Shown: piece by piece, positions 17,474 through 27,429 of the stretch | Numbering within the stretch: position 1 is the first letter of the stretch | Layout: each line of letters opens with the position of its first letter | Assembly: GCA_016935835.1 (NCBI GenBank) | Contig: JAFGQE010000025.1 | Span: 1-60,700, forward strand | DNA from: Clostridia bacterium | Lineage (GTDB): Bacteria > Bacillota > Clostridia > DUPQ01 | DNA: 60,700 nucleotides | Direction of reading: 5' to 3' | The notes under the pieces: generated by a model | Seen by the model: the letters and a program-made list of their open reading frames with translations, nothing else | What the model was told of the DNA's origin: nothing | Databases searched by the model: none | Program-made: the position numbers and the translations under genes

Positions 17474-19756
17474 ATGAGGGAATGGGTCAACCACACAAAG
17501 GCCATGGCGTATGAGACGGGGAGAAGATTCAGGTTTCCGGTGAGGATAACGGGATGTTCTCTTGAAGGGGATACACTTTCGATCAAAGCCAACAGCGGCT
17601 ATTTCGATATCATGATGCAAAAATCGTTCGGGCATGAATTCCAGCGCTTCACGAATGCGGGGGATGCCGGCGGCATGGTAATCCGGATTGATGCAGTGGG
17701 GAACTATGCATTTAGAATCAGATATCCGGAAAATTGCGAAAAAGGCGAAACACTCATGGCTCCGGATGTTCCAAAAGGCATCGGCGCCCGGATTGTTGAA
17801 ACAGAGGAAGACATAACGTTCGTGCTTGAAAAAGCATCGCTGCTGATATCCAGATATCCCCTCCGGATGCTGTTGCTTGACGAATCGGGAAACATGCTTG
17901 TGGAAATCCCGGGCATCGACGCCTGCCATCCCAACGACTCCGGAGCCGGCGGATTTTGCTCGCTCAACGATTTTTACCCGTTCGGCACATCCGAAGGAAT
18001 GTCAGCCTTTACGACCAGGCTTTCCCTGAACGAGAAGATATACGGACTTGGCGAAAAGTTCATCGGCATGGACAGGCGGGGCCAATATCTTGAATCCATT
18101 CATCAGGACTGCGCGGGCAACGAGGGCGCCCGCACCTATAAAAACATACCTTTTTATATAAGCACGGCGGGATACGGCGTTTACGTCAACTCGGCCTATC
18201 TTATGGATTACGACATAGGTGCGATGAATTTTGACTTCGCCAACATATTCCTGGAAGAAGAAGAGATGGATGTGTTTTTGATAGCCGGACCATCCCTGGG
18301 GGATATCATAAAAAGGTACTGCATGATAACAGGATTCGCACCGGAGCTTCCCCGTTGGAGCTATGGGCTGTGGATGAGCCGCAACAGCTATGAAAACGAG
18401 GACATAGTCAGGGGGATCGCCGGCCGGCTAAGGGAGGAGAAAATCCCGTGCGACGTCCTTCACCTCGACACATACTGGTTCGAAGAGGACTGGATATGCG
18501 ACCTTAGGTTTTCCAAGGAAAGATTCCCGGAACCGGAAAAACTGATCTCGGATCTTGCGAAACAGGGTTTTACCGTTTCAATCTGGCAGATGCCGTATGT
18601 GCACGAGTCGCAGGATAATTACAGGGAAGGCGTGGCGAAGGATTATTTCGTAAAAAAATCCGATGGAGGGATTTTCCATTTCGATTGGTTTGGAAAGCAA
18701 TATGCACTGATAGATTTTTCAAACGATGATGCGGTCAAATGGTATACGGGACAGATAAAGCGGGTGCTGGGGATGGGTGCAAAGGCAGTCAAGACGGATA
18801 TCGCCGAAGGATGTCCCGTCGAAGGAATCTATAGGACGCGCGACGGCCGCGAAATGCACAACCTGTTTCCGTTGATATACAACAAATCGATCTTCGAGGC
18901 TGTCAGGGAAGTCTGCGGCAAAGGGTTGGTTTGGGCAAGGTCGACCTATGCCGGCGGACAGAGGTATCCGCTGCCGTGGAGCGGGGACTCGCGCTCGACG
19001 TTCGAGAACCTGGCCGGGGCCCTGCGGTCCGGGATTTCACTTGGTTTGTCCGGTCAGCCGTTCTGGAGCCATGACATCGGGGGATTCATCGGAAAGCCGG
19101 ACCCCGAACTGTATATAAGGTGGGCGCAGCTCGGATTGTTTTCATCGCATGCCAGGTGCCATGGGGGCGGCAATTCCAATCCACGGGAACCCTGGGCGTA
19201 CGGGGAGGAAGCCCTTCGCATATTCCGCAGCTTTGCCGGGTTGCGTTACAGGCTCCTTCCATATATTTTCAGCACCGGGCGTCAAAGTCTCGAAACCGGA
19301 ATGCCTTTTATCAGGCACATGTCGCTGCACCATCAGGAAGACAGGAATGTCCATGGAATATACGACCAGTACTATTTCGGGAAATCGATGATGGTCGCGC
19401 CGATTCTGTCCAGGGGCGGAAAACGGCAGGTCTATCTGCCTGATGGAATCTGGTTTGATTACTGGACCGGACGAAAAGTGGAAAAGGCAGGCTGGATTGA
19501 TGTGCAATGTCCGCTTGAAACCATGCCGGTTTACATTCCGGCGGGGTCCGTTATAATATACGGCCCGGAACAGCAATATGTGGACGAAAAAGAGACCGCT
19601 GAAATCGAAATCCATGTCTATGGTGGGGCGGATGGTGCATTTGATTACCGAAACGACGGCGATGCCGGGGATTTCATGGTAAAATGCAAAGACGGCAGGA
19701 CGATATTCGACGACGGCGGTTATCGGGGTAAATATAAATTGAAAGTGATTGAATAG
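17474..19756 (+). CDS. Glycoside hydrolase family 31 (alpha-xylosidase/alpha-glucosidase type)
   Basis: GLWMSRNSY, DVLHLDTYWF, the nucleophile-region block GAKAVKTDIAEG and WSGDSRSTFENL are arranged as in YicI-type GH31 enzymes. No signal peptide. Confidence 0.85.
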   Translation: MREWVNHTKAMAYETGRRFRFPVRITGCSLEGDTLSIKANSGYFDIMMQKSFGHEFQRFTNAGDAGGMVIRIDAVGNYAFRIRYPENCEKGETLMAPDVPKGIGARIVETEEDITFVLEKASLLISRYPLRMLLLDESGNMLVEIPGIDACHPNDSGAGGFCSLNDFYPFGTSEGMSAFTTRLSLNEKIYGLGEKFIGMDRRGQYLESIHQDCAGNEGARTYKNIPFYISTAGYGVYVNSAYLMDYDIGAMNFDFANIFLEEEEMDVFLIAGPSLGDIIKRYCMITGFAPELPRWSYGLWMSRNSYENEDIVRGIAGRLREEKIPCDVLHLDTYWFEEDWICDLRFSKERFPEPEKLISDLAKQGFTVSIWQMPYVHESQDNYREGVAKDYFVKKSDGGIFHFDWFGKQYALIDFSNDDAVKWYTGQIKRVLGMGAKAVKTDIAEGCPVEGIYRTRDGREMHNLFPLIYNKSIFEAVREVCGKGLVWARSTYAGGQRYPLPWSGDSRSTFENLAGALRSGISLGLSGQPFWSHDIGGFIGKPDPELYIRWAQLGLFSSHARCHGGGNSNPREPWAYGEEALRIFRSFAGLRYRLLPYIFSTGRQSLETGMPFIRHMSLHHQEDRNVHGIYDQYYFGKSMMVAPILSRGGKRQVYLPDGIWFDYWTGRKVEKAGWIDVQCPLETMPVYIPAGSVIIYGPEQQYVDEKETAEIEIHVYGGADGAFDYRNDGDAGDFMVKCKDGRTIFDDGGYRGKYKLKVIE

Positions 19757-19758
19757 GA

Positions 19759-20573
19759 ATGGTCGATCTCCATATTCATACAACAGCTTCCGATGGAAGC
19801 GTAAAACCGGGAAAACTTGTTGAAATGGCGCTGGAAATGGGATTGTCCGCGATTGCAGTGACGGACCATGACACCATCGGCGGAGTGGCCGAAGCGCTTG
19901 AAGCCGGCCGCAGACTGGGACTTCCGGTTGTCCCGGGAGTGGAACTGGGCGTTGATTACATTGCGCGGGAAACCCACATACTTGGATATTTCAACGAGAG
20001 GAACTATTTGGGAATCAACAGATATTTCAATTGGATTCTTGAAAAACGCCATGAAAGAAACAAAAGCCTGATACATAATCTCAACAGGGCCGGATTTGAT
20101 GTAAGCCTTGATGAAATGTATGAAAAGGCCGGGGGGGAACCCCGGGCCGGCCGCATCTGGCAAAATGCCTTGTCGAAAAGGGGTATGCGTCCGATGTAGG
20201 CGAAGTGTTCGATAAAATCCTTATGAGGGATGACATATACATGCCCAGGGAAAAAACAACCCCGGAAAGCGCGATAGGAGAAATTGCAGCCAACAACGGG
20301 ATTGCGGTGCTTGCACATCCGGTCTACCTTGACAGGGAAGGCCTGTTTGAAACGGCGCTGGCCGAGTTCATGGAGATGGGACTGCGCGGCATCGAGGCAT
20401 TCCACACCGACCATGGTGAGGCTGATACGGCGAAGTTTCAAAATGCAGCGAAAAAGAACAATCTGATAATAACCGGCGGTAGCGATTTCCATGGCGCAAA
20501 TAAGGAAAATGCATTCCTGGGACTGCCTGAGGTAGATGATTCTTTTTACCACAGGCTTATGGAATTGCTATAG
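19759..20573 (+). pseudogene. PHP-domain phosphoesterase (TrpH/YciV-like) interrupted by a frameshift in a G7 run (ORFs 19759..20199 and 20205..20573)
   Basis: N-terminal ORF: VDLHIHTTASDGS..., AVTDHDT. C-terminal ORF: LAHP..., EAFHTDH..., TGGSDFHG. Frame 3 is open from 20124 and reads ...GRPHLAKCLVEKGYASDVGEVFDKIL, continuous with the second ORF. One extra G in ggggggg (20131-20137) would restore one reading frame of about 270 aa. Confidence 0.8.
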
Positions 20574-20588
20574 ACGGGTCCGCACGGA

Positions 20589-20617
20589 TTGAACCGGGCG
20601 GCGCGGGGTGATACAAT
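20589..20617 (+). promoter_or_regulatory. Putative promoter TTGAAC-17 nt-(TG)A-TACAAT for map
   Basis: ttgaac at 20589-20594, 17-nt spacer ending in tga, tacaat at 20612-20617. It is about 40 nt upstream of ATG 20657. Confidence 0.55.
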
Positions 20618-20656
20618 TTCCCCATGCCGCGGACATAGGACGGGAGAAAAGGAAAA

Positions 20657-21406
20657 ATGACAAGCATACTCAGCAACAGCCAGATTGATAAAATAAGGAA
20701 GGCGGGAAGAATCGTATCAGCCTGCCATGTAAGTCTCCGTGATTTCATCAGGCCGGGGCTAAGGACCTCGGATATTGATAAATTCGTCGGGGACTTCATA
20801 GTTTCGCATGGGGCCGTGCCTGCGCAGATAGGGTACATGGGGTATCCGTATGCAACCTGCACTTCGCTGAACGATGAGATTTGCCATGCCTTTCCCGACG
20901 AAACGGTAATACGCGACGGCGATGTCCTCAAAGTCGATTTCGTGGTGAACCTCGACGGCTGGCTTGCGGACTCGGCATGGTGCTATGCCGTCGGCGGCAT
21001 CTCTAAAGAGGCGGCGCTTCTGATGAAGACGACAAGGGAATGCCTGTATCTTGGAATCAGGCAGGCAATCGCCGGAAACAGGATTGGAGACATCGGCAAT
21101 GCCATACAGAACCACGCCGAATCAAAGGGCATGAGCGTGGTGCGCGAATATACGGGGCACGGGATCAACACCATTATGCACGACGGCCTGGTGGTGCCTC
21201 ATTACGGAAGGCCCGGAAAGGGTACGAGGATAAGGGAAGGAATGGTTTTCACTATAGAGCCGATGATTAACGCGGGAGCACCCGGTTGCACGATTGATAA
21301 CGACGGGTGGACTGCAAGGACGGCGGACGGCTCGCTTTCGGCACAGTACGAGCACACGATAGCGATTCTTCCGAATGGTCCCGAAATAATCACGGAACAG
21401 GACTGA
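20657..21406 (+). CDS. map: Type I methionine aminopeptidase
   Basis: KIRKAGRIVSACH..., CTSLNDEICHAFP..., VDFVVNLDGWLADSAW..., GHGI..., FTIEPMI..., QYEHTI are the MetAP-I metal-ligand blocks. Confidence 0.95.
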   Translation: MTSILSNSQIDKIRKAGRIVSACHVSLRDFIRPGLRTSDIDKFVGDFIVSHGAVPAQIGYMGYPYATCTSLNDEICHAFPDETVIRDGDVLKVDFVVNLDGWLADSAWCYAVGGISKEAALLMKTTRECLYLGIRQAIAGNRIGDIGNAIQNHAESKGMSVVREYTGHGINTIMHDGLVVPHYGRPGKGTRIREGMVFTIEPMINAGAPGCTIDNDGWTARTADGSLSAQYEHTIAILPNGPEIITEQD

Positions 21407-21481
21407 ATCCGGATAAATTGCCGCCCGGCAATTAATGCGGGACCCAGGCAAAGCATGAAGAATTAAGGAGATATACAGCCA

Positions 21482-22309
21482 ATGTACAGGATTTTGGAAA
21501 AGAAGATACTTAATGATACGGTGCAGATGATGAAAGTCGAGGCTCCGCTGATAGCAAAAAAGGCAAGGCCAGGCCAGTTCATCATACTCCGCATTGATGA
21601 GACGGGGGAGAGGATTCCCCTGACAATAGCGGGATTTGACAGGGAAGCCGGGACCATAACCATAATATTCCAGATGGTCGGCAAAACCACGATGAAGCTC
21701 GGGACCCTTGAAGAAGGGGACTATATAAAGGATTTCGTGGGACCGCTGGGCAAGGCCAGCGAGCTCGAAGGATACAAAAGCGCATGCGTAATCGGGGGCG
21801 GGCTGGGGACTGCGATAGCTTTTCCCCAGGCCAGGGAGCTTTTTGAACTAGGCGCCGATGTCGATATAATCGCCGGATTCCGTAGCAAGGACCTTATAAT
21901 TCTGGAAGATGAAATGAAGAAAACATGCCGCAGCCTGTATATTACGACGGACGACGGCTCAAACGGAAGAAAAGGCTTTGTGACCGATGTGCTGAGGGAA
22001 TTGCTCAAAACAAGGACATATGATGTCGTCATAGCAATCGGCCCCCTGGTCATGATGAAGTTCGTATCCGCCATAACAAGGGAAGCGGGGATAAAGACGA
22101 TAGTAAGCATGAACTCCGTGATGGTGGACGGAACGGGAATGTGCGGCGGATGCAGGCTTACGGTCGGCGGTGAAACGAAGTTTGCATGTGTCGACGGCCC
22201 TGATTTCGACGGACACCTGGTGGACTTTGACGAGGCGATAATGAGAAGCGCCAGATACAAGGAAGAGGAAAATCATTCCTGCAGGCTCGGAGGGTACACC
22301 AATGGCTGA
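21482..22309 (+). CDS. nfnA: Ferredoxin-NADP(+) reductase-like FAD/NAD-binding subunit (NfnA / sulfide dehydrogenase-type small subunit)
   Basis: MYRILEKKIL...MKVEAPLIAKKARPGQFIILRIDETGERIPLTIA plus a C-terminal CGGCRLTVGGETKFACVDGPDF [2Fe-2S] motif. It overlaps the following GltD-like gene. Confidence 0.8.
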   Translation: MYRILEKKILNDTVQMMKVEAPLIAKKARPGQFIILRIDETGERIPLTIAGFDREAGTITIIFQMVGKTTMKLGTLEEGDYIKDFVGPLGKASELEGYKSACVIGGGLGTAIAFPQARELFELGADVDIIAGFRSKDLIILEDEMKKTCRSLYITTDDGSNGRKGFVTDVLRELLKTRTYDVVIAIGPLVMMKFVSAITREAGIKTIVSMNSVMVDGTGMCGGCRLTVGGETKFACVDGPDFDGHLVDFDEAIMRSARYKEEENHSCRLGGYTNG

Positions 22310-23711
22310 CATGTCAAAGCAAAAATACAAGATGCCGGAGCAGGAGCCGGAAATCAGGAACAGGAATTTCAGCGAGGTCGCCCTTGGCTATACTGAGGAG
22401 CTGGCGATCAAGGAAGCACTGAGATGCCTTGACTGCAGGCATATGCCATGCGTAAAGGGATGTCCGGTCAACGTAGACATACCTGGATTCATCAGGTGCA
22501 TAAAAGACGGTGAATTCGAGGGAGCTTACCAGGTGCTTGCAAGGACAAATTCGCTGCCCGCCGTATGCGGCAGGGTCTGTCCGCAGGAAACCCAGTGCGA
22601 GGAGCTGTGCGTCCGGGCCTTGAAGGGCGAATCCGTCGGAATAGGAAGGCTCGAGCGATTTGCGGCTGACTGGCACATGGAGCATTCCCAAGGTATGCAC
22701 GAGCATCTCATGACCGGACAGACTGCGGTCGCAGGCAAGGTTGCGGTTGTCGGAGCGGGTCCCGCCGGTTTGACTTGCGCTGGCGACCTGGCGAAGCTAG
22801 GATACAACGTGACGGTATTCGAGGCTTTTCACGAGCCCGGCGGAGTCCTCACATATGGAATACCCGAATTCAGGCTGCCGAAAAGCATAGTGAAAAAAGA
22901 GATATCGATACTTGAGGAACTTGGCGTCGAGGTCCGTGTCAACATGGTCATAGGAAAGATTCTGTCGGTCGAGGAGCTGCTTTTGGAATATGACGCCGTA
23001 TTCATCGGCACCGGCGCCGGACTGCCGAGGTTCATGAACATTCCCGGGGAGAACCTCAACGGAGTATATAGTGCGAATGAATTTCTCACCAGGATAAATC
23101 TTATGAAGGCTTATAAATTCCCGGAATTTGATACTCCCATAAAAATAGGAAGGAATGTGGCGGTTGTCGGAGGCGGCAACGTTGCCATGGACGCCGCGAG
23201 AAGCGCAAAAAGGCTCGGGGCTGAAAATGTCTATATCATTTACAGGCGGAGCGAGGAAGAACTCCCCGCGAGGCTCGAGGAAGTGCACCACGCAAAGGAA
23301 GAGGGCATAATATTCAGGCTGCTCGAAAACCCGGTATCCATCAGAGGCGACGAAAAGGGAAACGTCGTTTCCTTGGAATGCATAAGGATGGAGCTGGGCG
23401 AACCCGATTCCTCAGGCAGAAGAAGGCCTGTCGAGGTCGCGGGATCAGAATTCATGACAGACATGGATACAGTTATAATAGCCATCGGGCAGACGCCGAA
23501 TCCGTTGATAAAGGATACGACCGGAGGTCTGCGGACAGCCCGCTGGGGTGGAATAATCGTTGACGAGGAAACCATGGAAACCAGCATAAAGGGTGTTTAT
23601 GCCGGCGGGGACATCGTAACCGGCGCCGCCACCGTAATACTTGCGATGGGAGCGGGAAAGAAGGCCGCGGAGTCAATCGACAGGTATATAAAGGAGAAAA
23701 ACAAGGGCTGA
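22302..23711 (+). CDS. nfnB: NADPH-dependent GltD-like oxidoreductase (NfnB / homotetrameric glutamate synthase small-chain type)
   Basis: N-terminal Fe-S cysteines (CLDCRHMPCVKGCPVNVDIP, CGRVCPQETQCEELC) and two dinucleotide folds (VAVVGAGPAGLTCA, VAVVGGGNVAMDAA). The start may be 22311. Confidence 0.8.
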   Translation: MADMSKQKYKMPEQEPEIRNRNFSEVALGYTEELAIKEALRCLDCRHMPCVKGCPVNVDIPGFIRCIKDGEFEGAYQVLARTNSLPAVCGRVCPQETQCEELCVRALKGESVGIGRLERFAADWHMEHSQGMHEHLMTGQTAVAGKVAVVGAGPAGLTCAGDLAKLGYNVTVFEAFHEPGGVLTYGIPEFRLPKSIVKKEISILEELGVEVRVNMVIGKILSVEELLLEYDAVFIGTGAGLPRFMNIPGENLNGVYSANEFLTRINLMKAYKFPEFDTPIKIGRNVAVVGGGNVAMDAARSAKRLGAENVYIIYRRSEEELPARLEEVHHAKEEGIIFRLLENPVSIRGDEKGNVVSLECIRMELGEPDSSGRRRPVEVAGSEFMTDMDTVIIAIGQTPNPLIKDTTGGLRTARWGGIIVDEETMETSIKGVYAGGDIVTGAATVILAMGAGKKAAESIDRYIKEKNKG

Positions 23712-23833
23712 AACCGGTGGCAAAAGGAATATTTCAATAATATTGAATTATCTTAAAAACCGGGTATACATGGCAAATTTATCATGGTATCATTACCGGG
23801 ACAGGGAAACCTGCGAGGGACGGAAATGTTGTT

Positions 23834-25204
23834 ATGAAAAAAATGAAGAGGGCTTATGGGAAGCTTTCCATGATGCTCTTCTATAGAAATGACATGCAAT
23901 TGATAACCGCGCCCGGCAAACCTGACCGGGATTGGTTTATCAAACAGGCGATTTTCGGAACTGCATTCGGAGCACTGGTCGGAGGGATTTTCCTGTCGGG
24001 TCTTTTCATAGAACTCGATGCGCCCGACTATCTGATGGGATACATACCTTATATAGGCAGCATCGCCGGAATAACCCTGATATTCGCCGGACTTATAATC
24101 GAAAGAGTCCGCAACAGGAAAAAATTCATAGTCATCCTTAATATAATCTCGAAATCGCTGATTGTTTCAGCGGTGTGGATTCCTTTGTTCATTTCAAGAG
24201 GAATTGCCCCCTATGTGATGATTTTCGTTGTTTTCTGGGGATATTCGCTGCAGGCATTCATGGGAATCACGATCAACTCATGGTTCGTGGATGTGATAGA
24301 CGAAAGGTTGCGCGGAAGGTTCATGAGCACAAAGCAGATTTTCGCGCTTGTGGTATCGGCGGTATTCCCGGTCGTGGCAGGACGTTATCTTGACCTGGCG
24401 CCCGACAGGTATGTGGCTTTTTGCGTCATTTACAGTGTCGCATGGATTTTTATGTGGCTCGAGACCCACTCGTTCACCAAAATAACGGAGCCGGGCTTCA
24501 AATCACTCGGAAAGGGAAATGTCAGCTTCAAGGATCTTTTCCTTGTGCCGCTTAAAAACAAGGCTTATCTCAAGTACATGACGACGCAGTCCATATTCTA
24601 TTTTTCATGGTACATGACGATGTCGTTCGCATCGGTATACCAGCTGAGGTATCTTGAGATTCCATATACATACATAACGGTCATGGGAATGATCAATCCG
24701 GTCCTGCAGATGGCCTGGTACCCGATGTGGGGCAGGCTGGTCGACAAATACGGCTCGCATTTCATCCTCAGGCTTGCACTTTGGATGTATTCGTTTCACG
24801 CCGTTCTCTGGTTTTTGATGACGAAGGGTAGCTATTTCTACATTATGCCCATGCTTCAGATAAGCGCGGCAATGATCGGACCCGCATTCACACTCGGCAC
24901 ATTCAATACCAAGTACGCTATCATTCCCCAGGAAGGACGGTCCGTTTACGACGGTTTTTTCACTTCGGTCGTCGGTCTTGTGATATTGATATCCCCGGCG
25001 GTAGGCAACCTTATCAAGACTTTCATAGAGAAAACCTCGACCGGCGCCATGGGAATGGAGTTCCCCCAGTTCAGGCTTATGTTTGCCCTTGCGGCGGTGC
25101 TTGTCCTGCTTCTAAACTTTTACCACCTTGCCTCGGCGAAAAAGACGGACGACCTTGTAAACGAAAAACTTTTTATAAAGACTATTTTCAGAAGAACAAA
25201 ATAA
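23834..25204 (+). CDS. MFS-type transporter (about 12 TM)
   Basis: Repeated hydrophobic helices throughout. The loop motif DERLRGRFMS between TM segments resembles the MFS D-R-x-G-R-[KR] signature. The start is uncertain (23834, 23843 or downstream). Confidence 0.7.
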   Translation: MKKMKRAYGKLSMMLFYRNDMQLITAPGKPDRDWFIKQAIFGTAFGALVGGIFLSGLFIELDAPDYLMGYIPYIGSIAGITLIFAGLIIERVRNRKKFIVILNIISKSLIVSAVWIPLFISRGIAPYVMIFVVFWGYSLQAFMGITINSWFVDVIDERLRGRFMSTKQIFALVVSAVFPVVAGRYLDLAPDRYVAFCVIYSVAWIFMWLETHSFTKITEPGFKSLGKGNVSFKDLFLVPLKNKAYLKYMTTQSIFYFSWYMTMSFASVYQLRYLEIPYTYITVMGMINPVLQMAWYPMWGRLVDKYGSHFILRLALWMYSFHAVLWFLMTKGSYFYIMPMLQISAAMIGPAFTLGTFNTKYAIIPQEGRSVYDGFFTSVVGLVILISPAVGNLIKTFIEKTSTGAMGMEFPQFRLMFALAAVLVLLLNFYHLASAKKTDDLVNEKLFIKTIFRRTK

Positions 25205-25217
25205 AGCGGGAGGCAGT

Positions 25218-27398
25218 ATGAAAAGAAAAGATTACCTGGAATTTGTGGAGAAATCCGTCGCGGCCGGAAGGAAGACCTATAAGGAAAGCATAGAAACCTG
25301 GAAAGCAAATTTCGATGCCGATTATATGTTTGGCTATACGTCCCCCGGGATCATAGCAAGCCAGATACATATGGAAGGGCTTCTGTATTCACTTAACAGT
25401 AACATGGAACATGCGGAATTCATAAGGGACGGACTCATCCTTCCCATGAAGCTTGCGGCCATCTTCCCCGAGGAAATCAGGATTCAGAGAAAAGAATATT
25501 ACAGGGGGGTTCCCTTGCTTGAAGCGCTTTTTCAGCTTCATGCGTATATGAATGCATATCTGGATGTGAAGGACTCAGGCGTATTGACCGGGGAGGATGT
25601 CGCGGTGGTCAGGCAATCTGTGATACAGTCCGTAACACCGCTTATCTTCTGTCCCGAATGGGGGGCTCACAACAGGTCCATGCTGAGGGCGTGTGCTCTC
25701 GTTCATGGTGCGGCTGTGGTAGGCGACACCGAGGAAACCAGGGAATGGATCAAACTGGCTGATTATCTTGCGGAGGAAAGCATCGGAGGGTGGTCGCTCG
25801 AGGACGCGGCCCATTATATACCTCTTTGGCTTTTCGCCTGCATAATGTATGCGAAATGGAGTGGAACCGAGGACGAGTATTATAAAAAGCCCCAGACAAA
25901 ATACTATTTCGACTACATAACGCATCTTATAACCGAAGAAGGGCAGATACCCGGTTTCGGCGACGCCTGGTTCCACTCGAACTGGTACATATGGGTGGCA
26001 TGCATTGAAAAAGGCGCGGCTATGTACAAATGCGGCGAAATGAAAGAGGCAGCCGACAGGATATTCAAATACGGAGTGGAAAAGCTGCACGCCGAGCCAT
26101 CCCCCGGCCTTGGGAATTACATGGCATATGCCTATAAATGGAGCTCGGATGAAGTAAAGCAGTGCGCAACCGCATATAAAAGCGGGGAAGTGCTCGAGGA
26201 ACTTGTCGGGAAGAAAATTATTCTTAGGGGCGGCGGAAGCTATCTGCTTTATAATTACAGGGATGAGGGAATGTACGGCTTCATTCCCAGACAGTATCTG
26301 AGGACCTCGATTCCCGTAAAGGCGGAGAAGATGCACCACGGGCACGGGGATGAGAACTCGGTTTCACACCTTGAGAAAAACGGAACGATACTACTGCATG
26401 AAAGCGGATACAGGGAAAGGCTTCCAAACGGGAAATACAGGGCCGACCTTTACCACAACAGGCTTGTTTTCAGGGAAGGGATGAAGGATCTTTCAAATGG
26501 AAATTTCAACGCCCTGCACGATGACGGTTACTACAAGCATGCGGAAACGGAAAAGATTCATTTCCAGTGCTTTGACGGGGTTGAATATCTCAGGACCAGG
26601 AACCGGTACAGGAGCATCGGGATCACATGGGACAGATGCGTTGCATGGCTCAGGGAGGACGATGTTTATGTGGTCGTCGACTGGGTTGAAAAAGAAACGG
26701 CCTCCGGCTGCACGATAGGCAATGTCTGGCATACCCAGCATGCAAGAAAAACGGGCGGCCGTTCATATACGACCTGGGTGGACACGGTGATGCGGGGACA
26801 AAACGATAAAACTCCTTTCGTAAACAAAAAGGATTTGGCGCTCGCCATTGAATTCATTTCCGAGGGAACGACAGCCTGTGCGGATGAAATCAGAAGGAAT
26901 TATGCGGACTCGACCATGGTAAGCGAGTGCATGGCCTGCTCCTTTGACAAGGGCGGCAGGAAGGTGTTCATAACCGTACTCACACCCCATCGCAGGGAAG
27001 CGGATCCATCGGCTGTAACGGGAAGGCTTGAAGTGGAAAAGGACTTCGCGCAAAAAGAAGCCGTTTCACTGGTCTATCGCGGCGTATCAAATATTCACAT
27101 GGCCTTCAAGCTCGACCTTTCGTACGGCCTGCATCCATATATTGAGGACAGGGCTCCGGCATACGACTGGGAAACCGGGAAATTGGATTACGGCAACATC
27201 CTGACGGATGCGGACTTTGCCTTCGTTACGGAAAGCGGCGGCAGGCTGCGGCACGGAATGGTGAACGGGTGCAAAGTGCTTTTCAAGGGAGAAACCCTTT
27301 TTGAAGCCCCAAGGTATTCAAGCCGGGATTTCATGATGGAAACCTTCAGGGAAATAGACCACAAGTGGCGCGCCTGGAGCGGTGAAAAGAACAAATAG
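25218..27398 (+). CDS. Uncharacterised cytoplasmic protein, heparinase II/III / alginate-lyase-fold-like
   Basis: 726 aa with no signal peptide. PEWGAHNRSMLRA (N-H-R box of the alpha/alpha toroid) and KMHHGHGDENSVSHLEKNGTILLHESGY (the H-x-H-x-D...S block of the heparinase II/III C-domain) were recognised by eye only. Confidence 0.55.
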   Translation: MKRKDYLEFVEKSVAAGRKTYKESIETWKANFDADYMFGYTSPGIIASQIHMEGLLYSLNSNMEHAEFIRDGLILPMKLAAIFPEEIRIQRKEYYRGVPLLEALFQLHAYMNAYLDVKDSGVLTGEDVAVVRQSVIQSVTPLIFCPEWGAHNRSMLRACALVHGAAVVGDTEETREWIKLADYLAEESIGGWSLEDAAHYIPLWLFACIMYAKWSGTEDEYYKKPQTKYYFDYITHLITEEGQIPGFGDAWFHSNWYIWVACIEKGAAMYKCGEMKEAADRIFKYGVEKLHAEPSPGLGNYMAYAYKWSSDEVKQCATAYKSGEVLEELVGKKIILRGGGSYLLYNYRDEGMYGFIPRQYLRTSIPVKAEKMHHGHGDENSVSHLEKNGTILLHESGYRERLPNGKYRADLYHNRLVFREGMKDLSNGNFNALHDDGYYKHAETEKIHFQCFDGVEYLRTRNRYRSIGITWDRCVAWLREDDVYVVVDWVEKETASGCTIGNVWHTQHARKTGGRSYTTWVDTVMRGQNDKTPFVNKKDLALAIEFISEGTTACADEIRRNYADSTMVSECMACSFDKGGRKVFITVLTPHRREADPSAVTGRLEVEKDFAQKEAVSLVYRGVSNIHMAFKLDLSYGLHPYIEDRAPAYDWETGKLDYGNILTDADFAFVTESGGRLRHGMVNGCKVLFKGETLFEAPRYSSRDFMMETFREIDHKWRAWSGEKNK

Positions 27399-27429
27399 GA
27401 AAAGCGGGGATAAAAGAAAGGCAAAGAAG

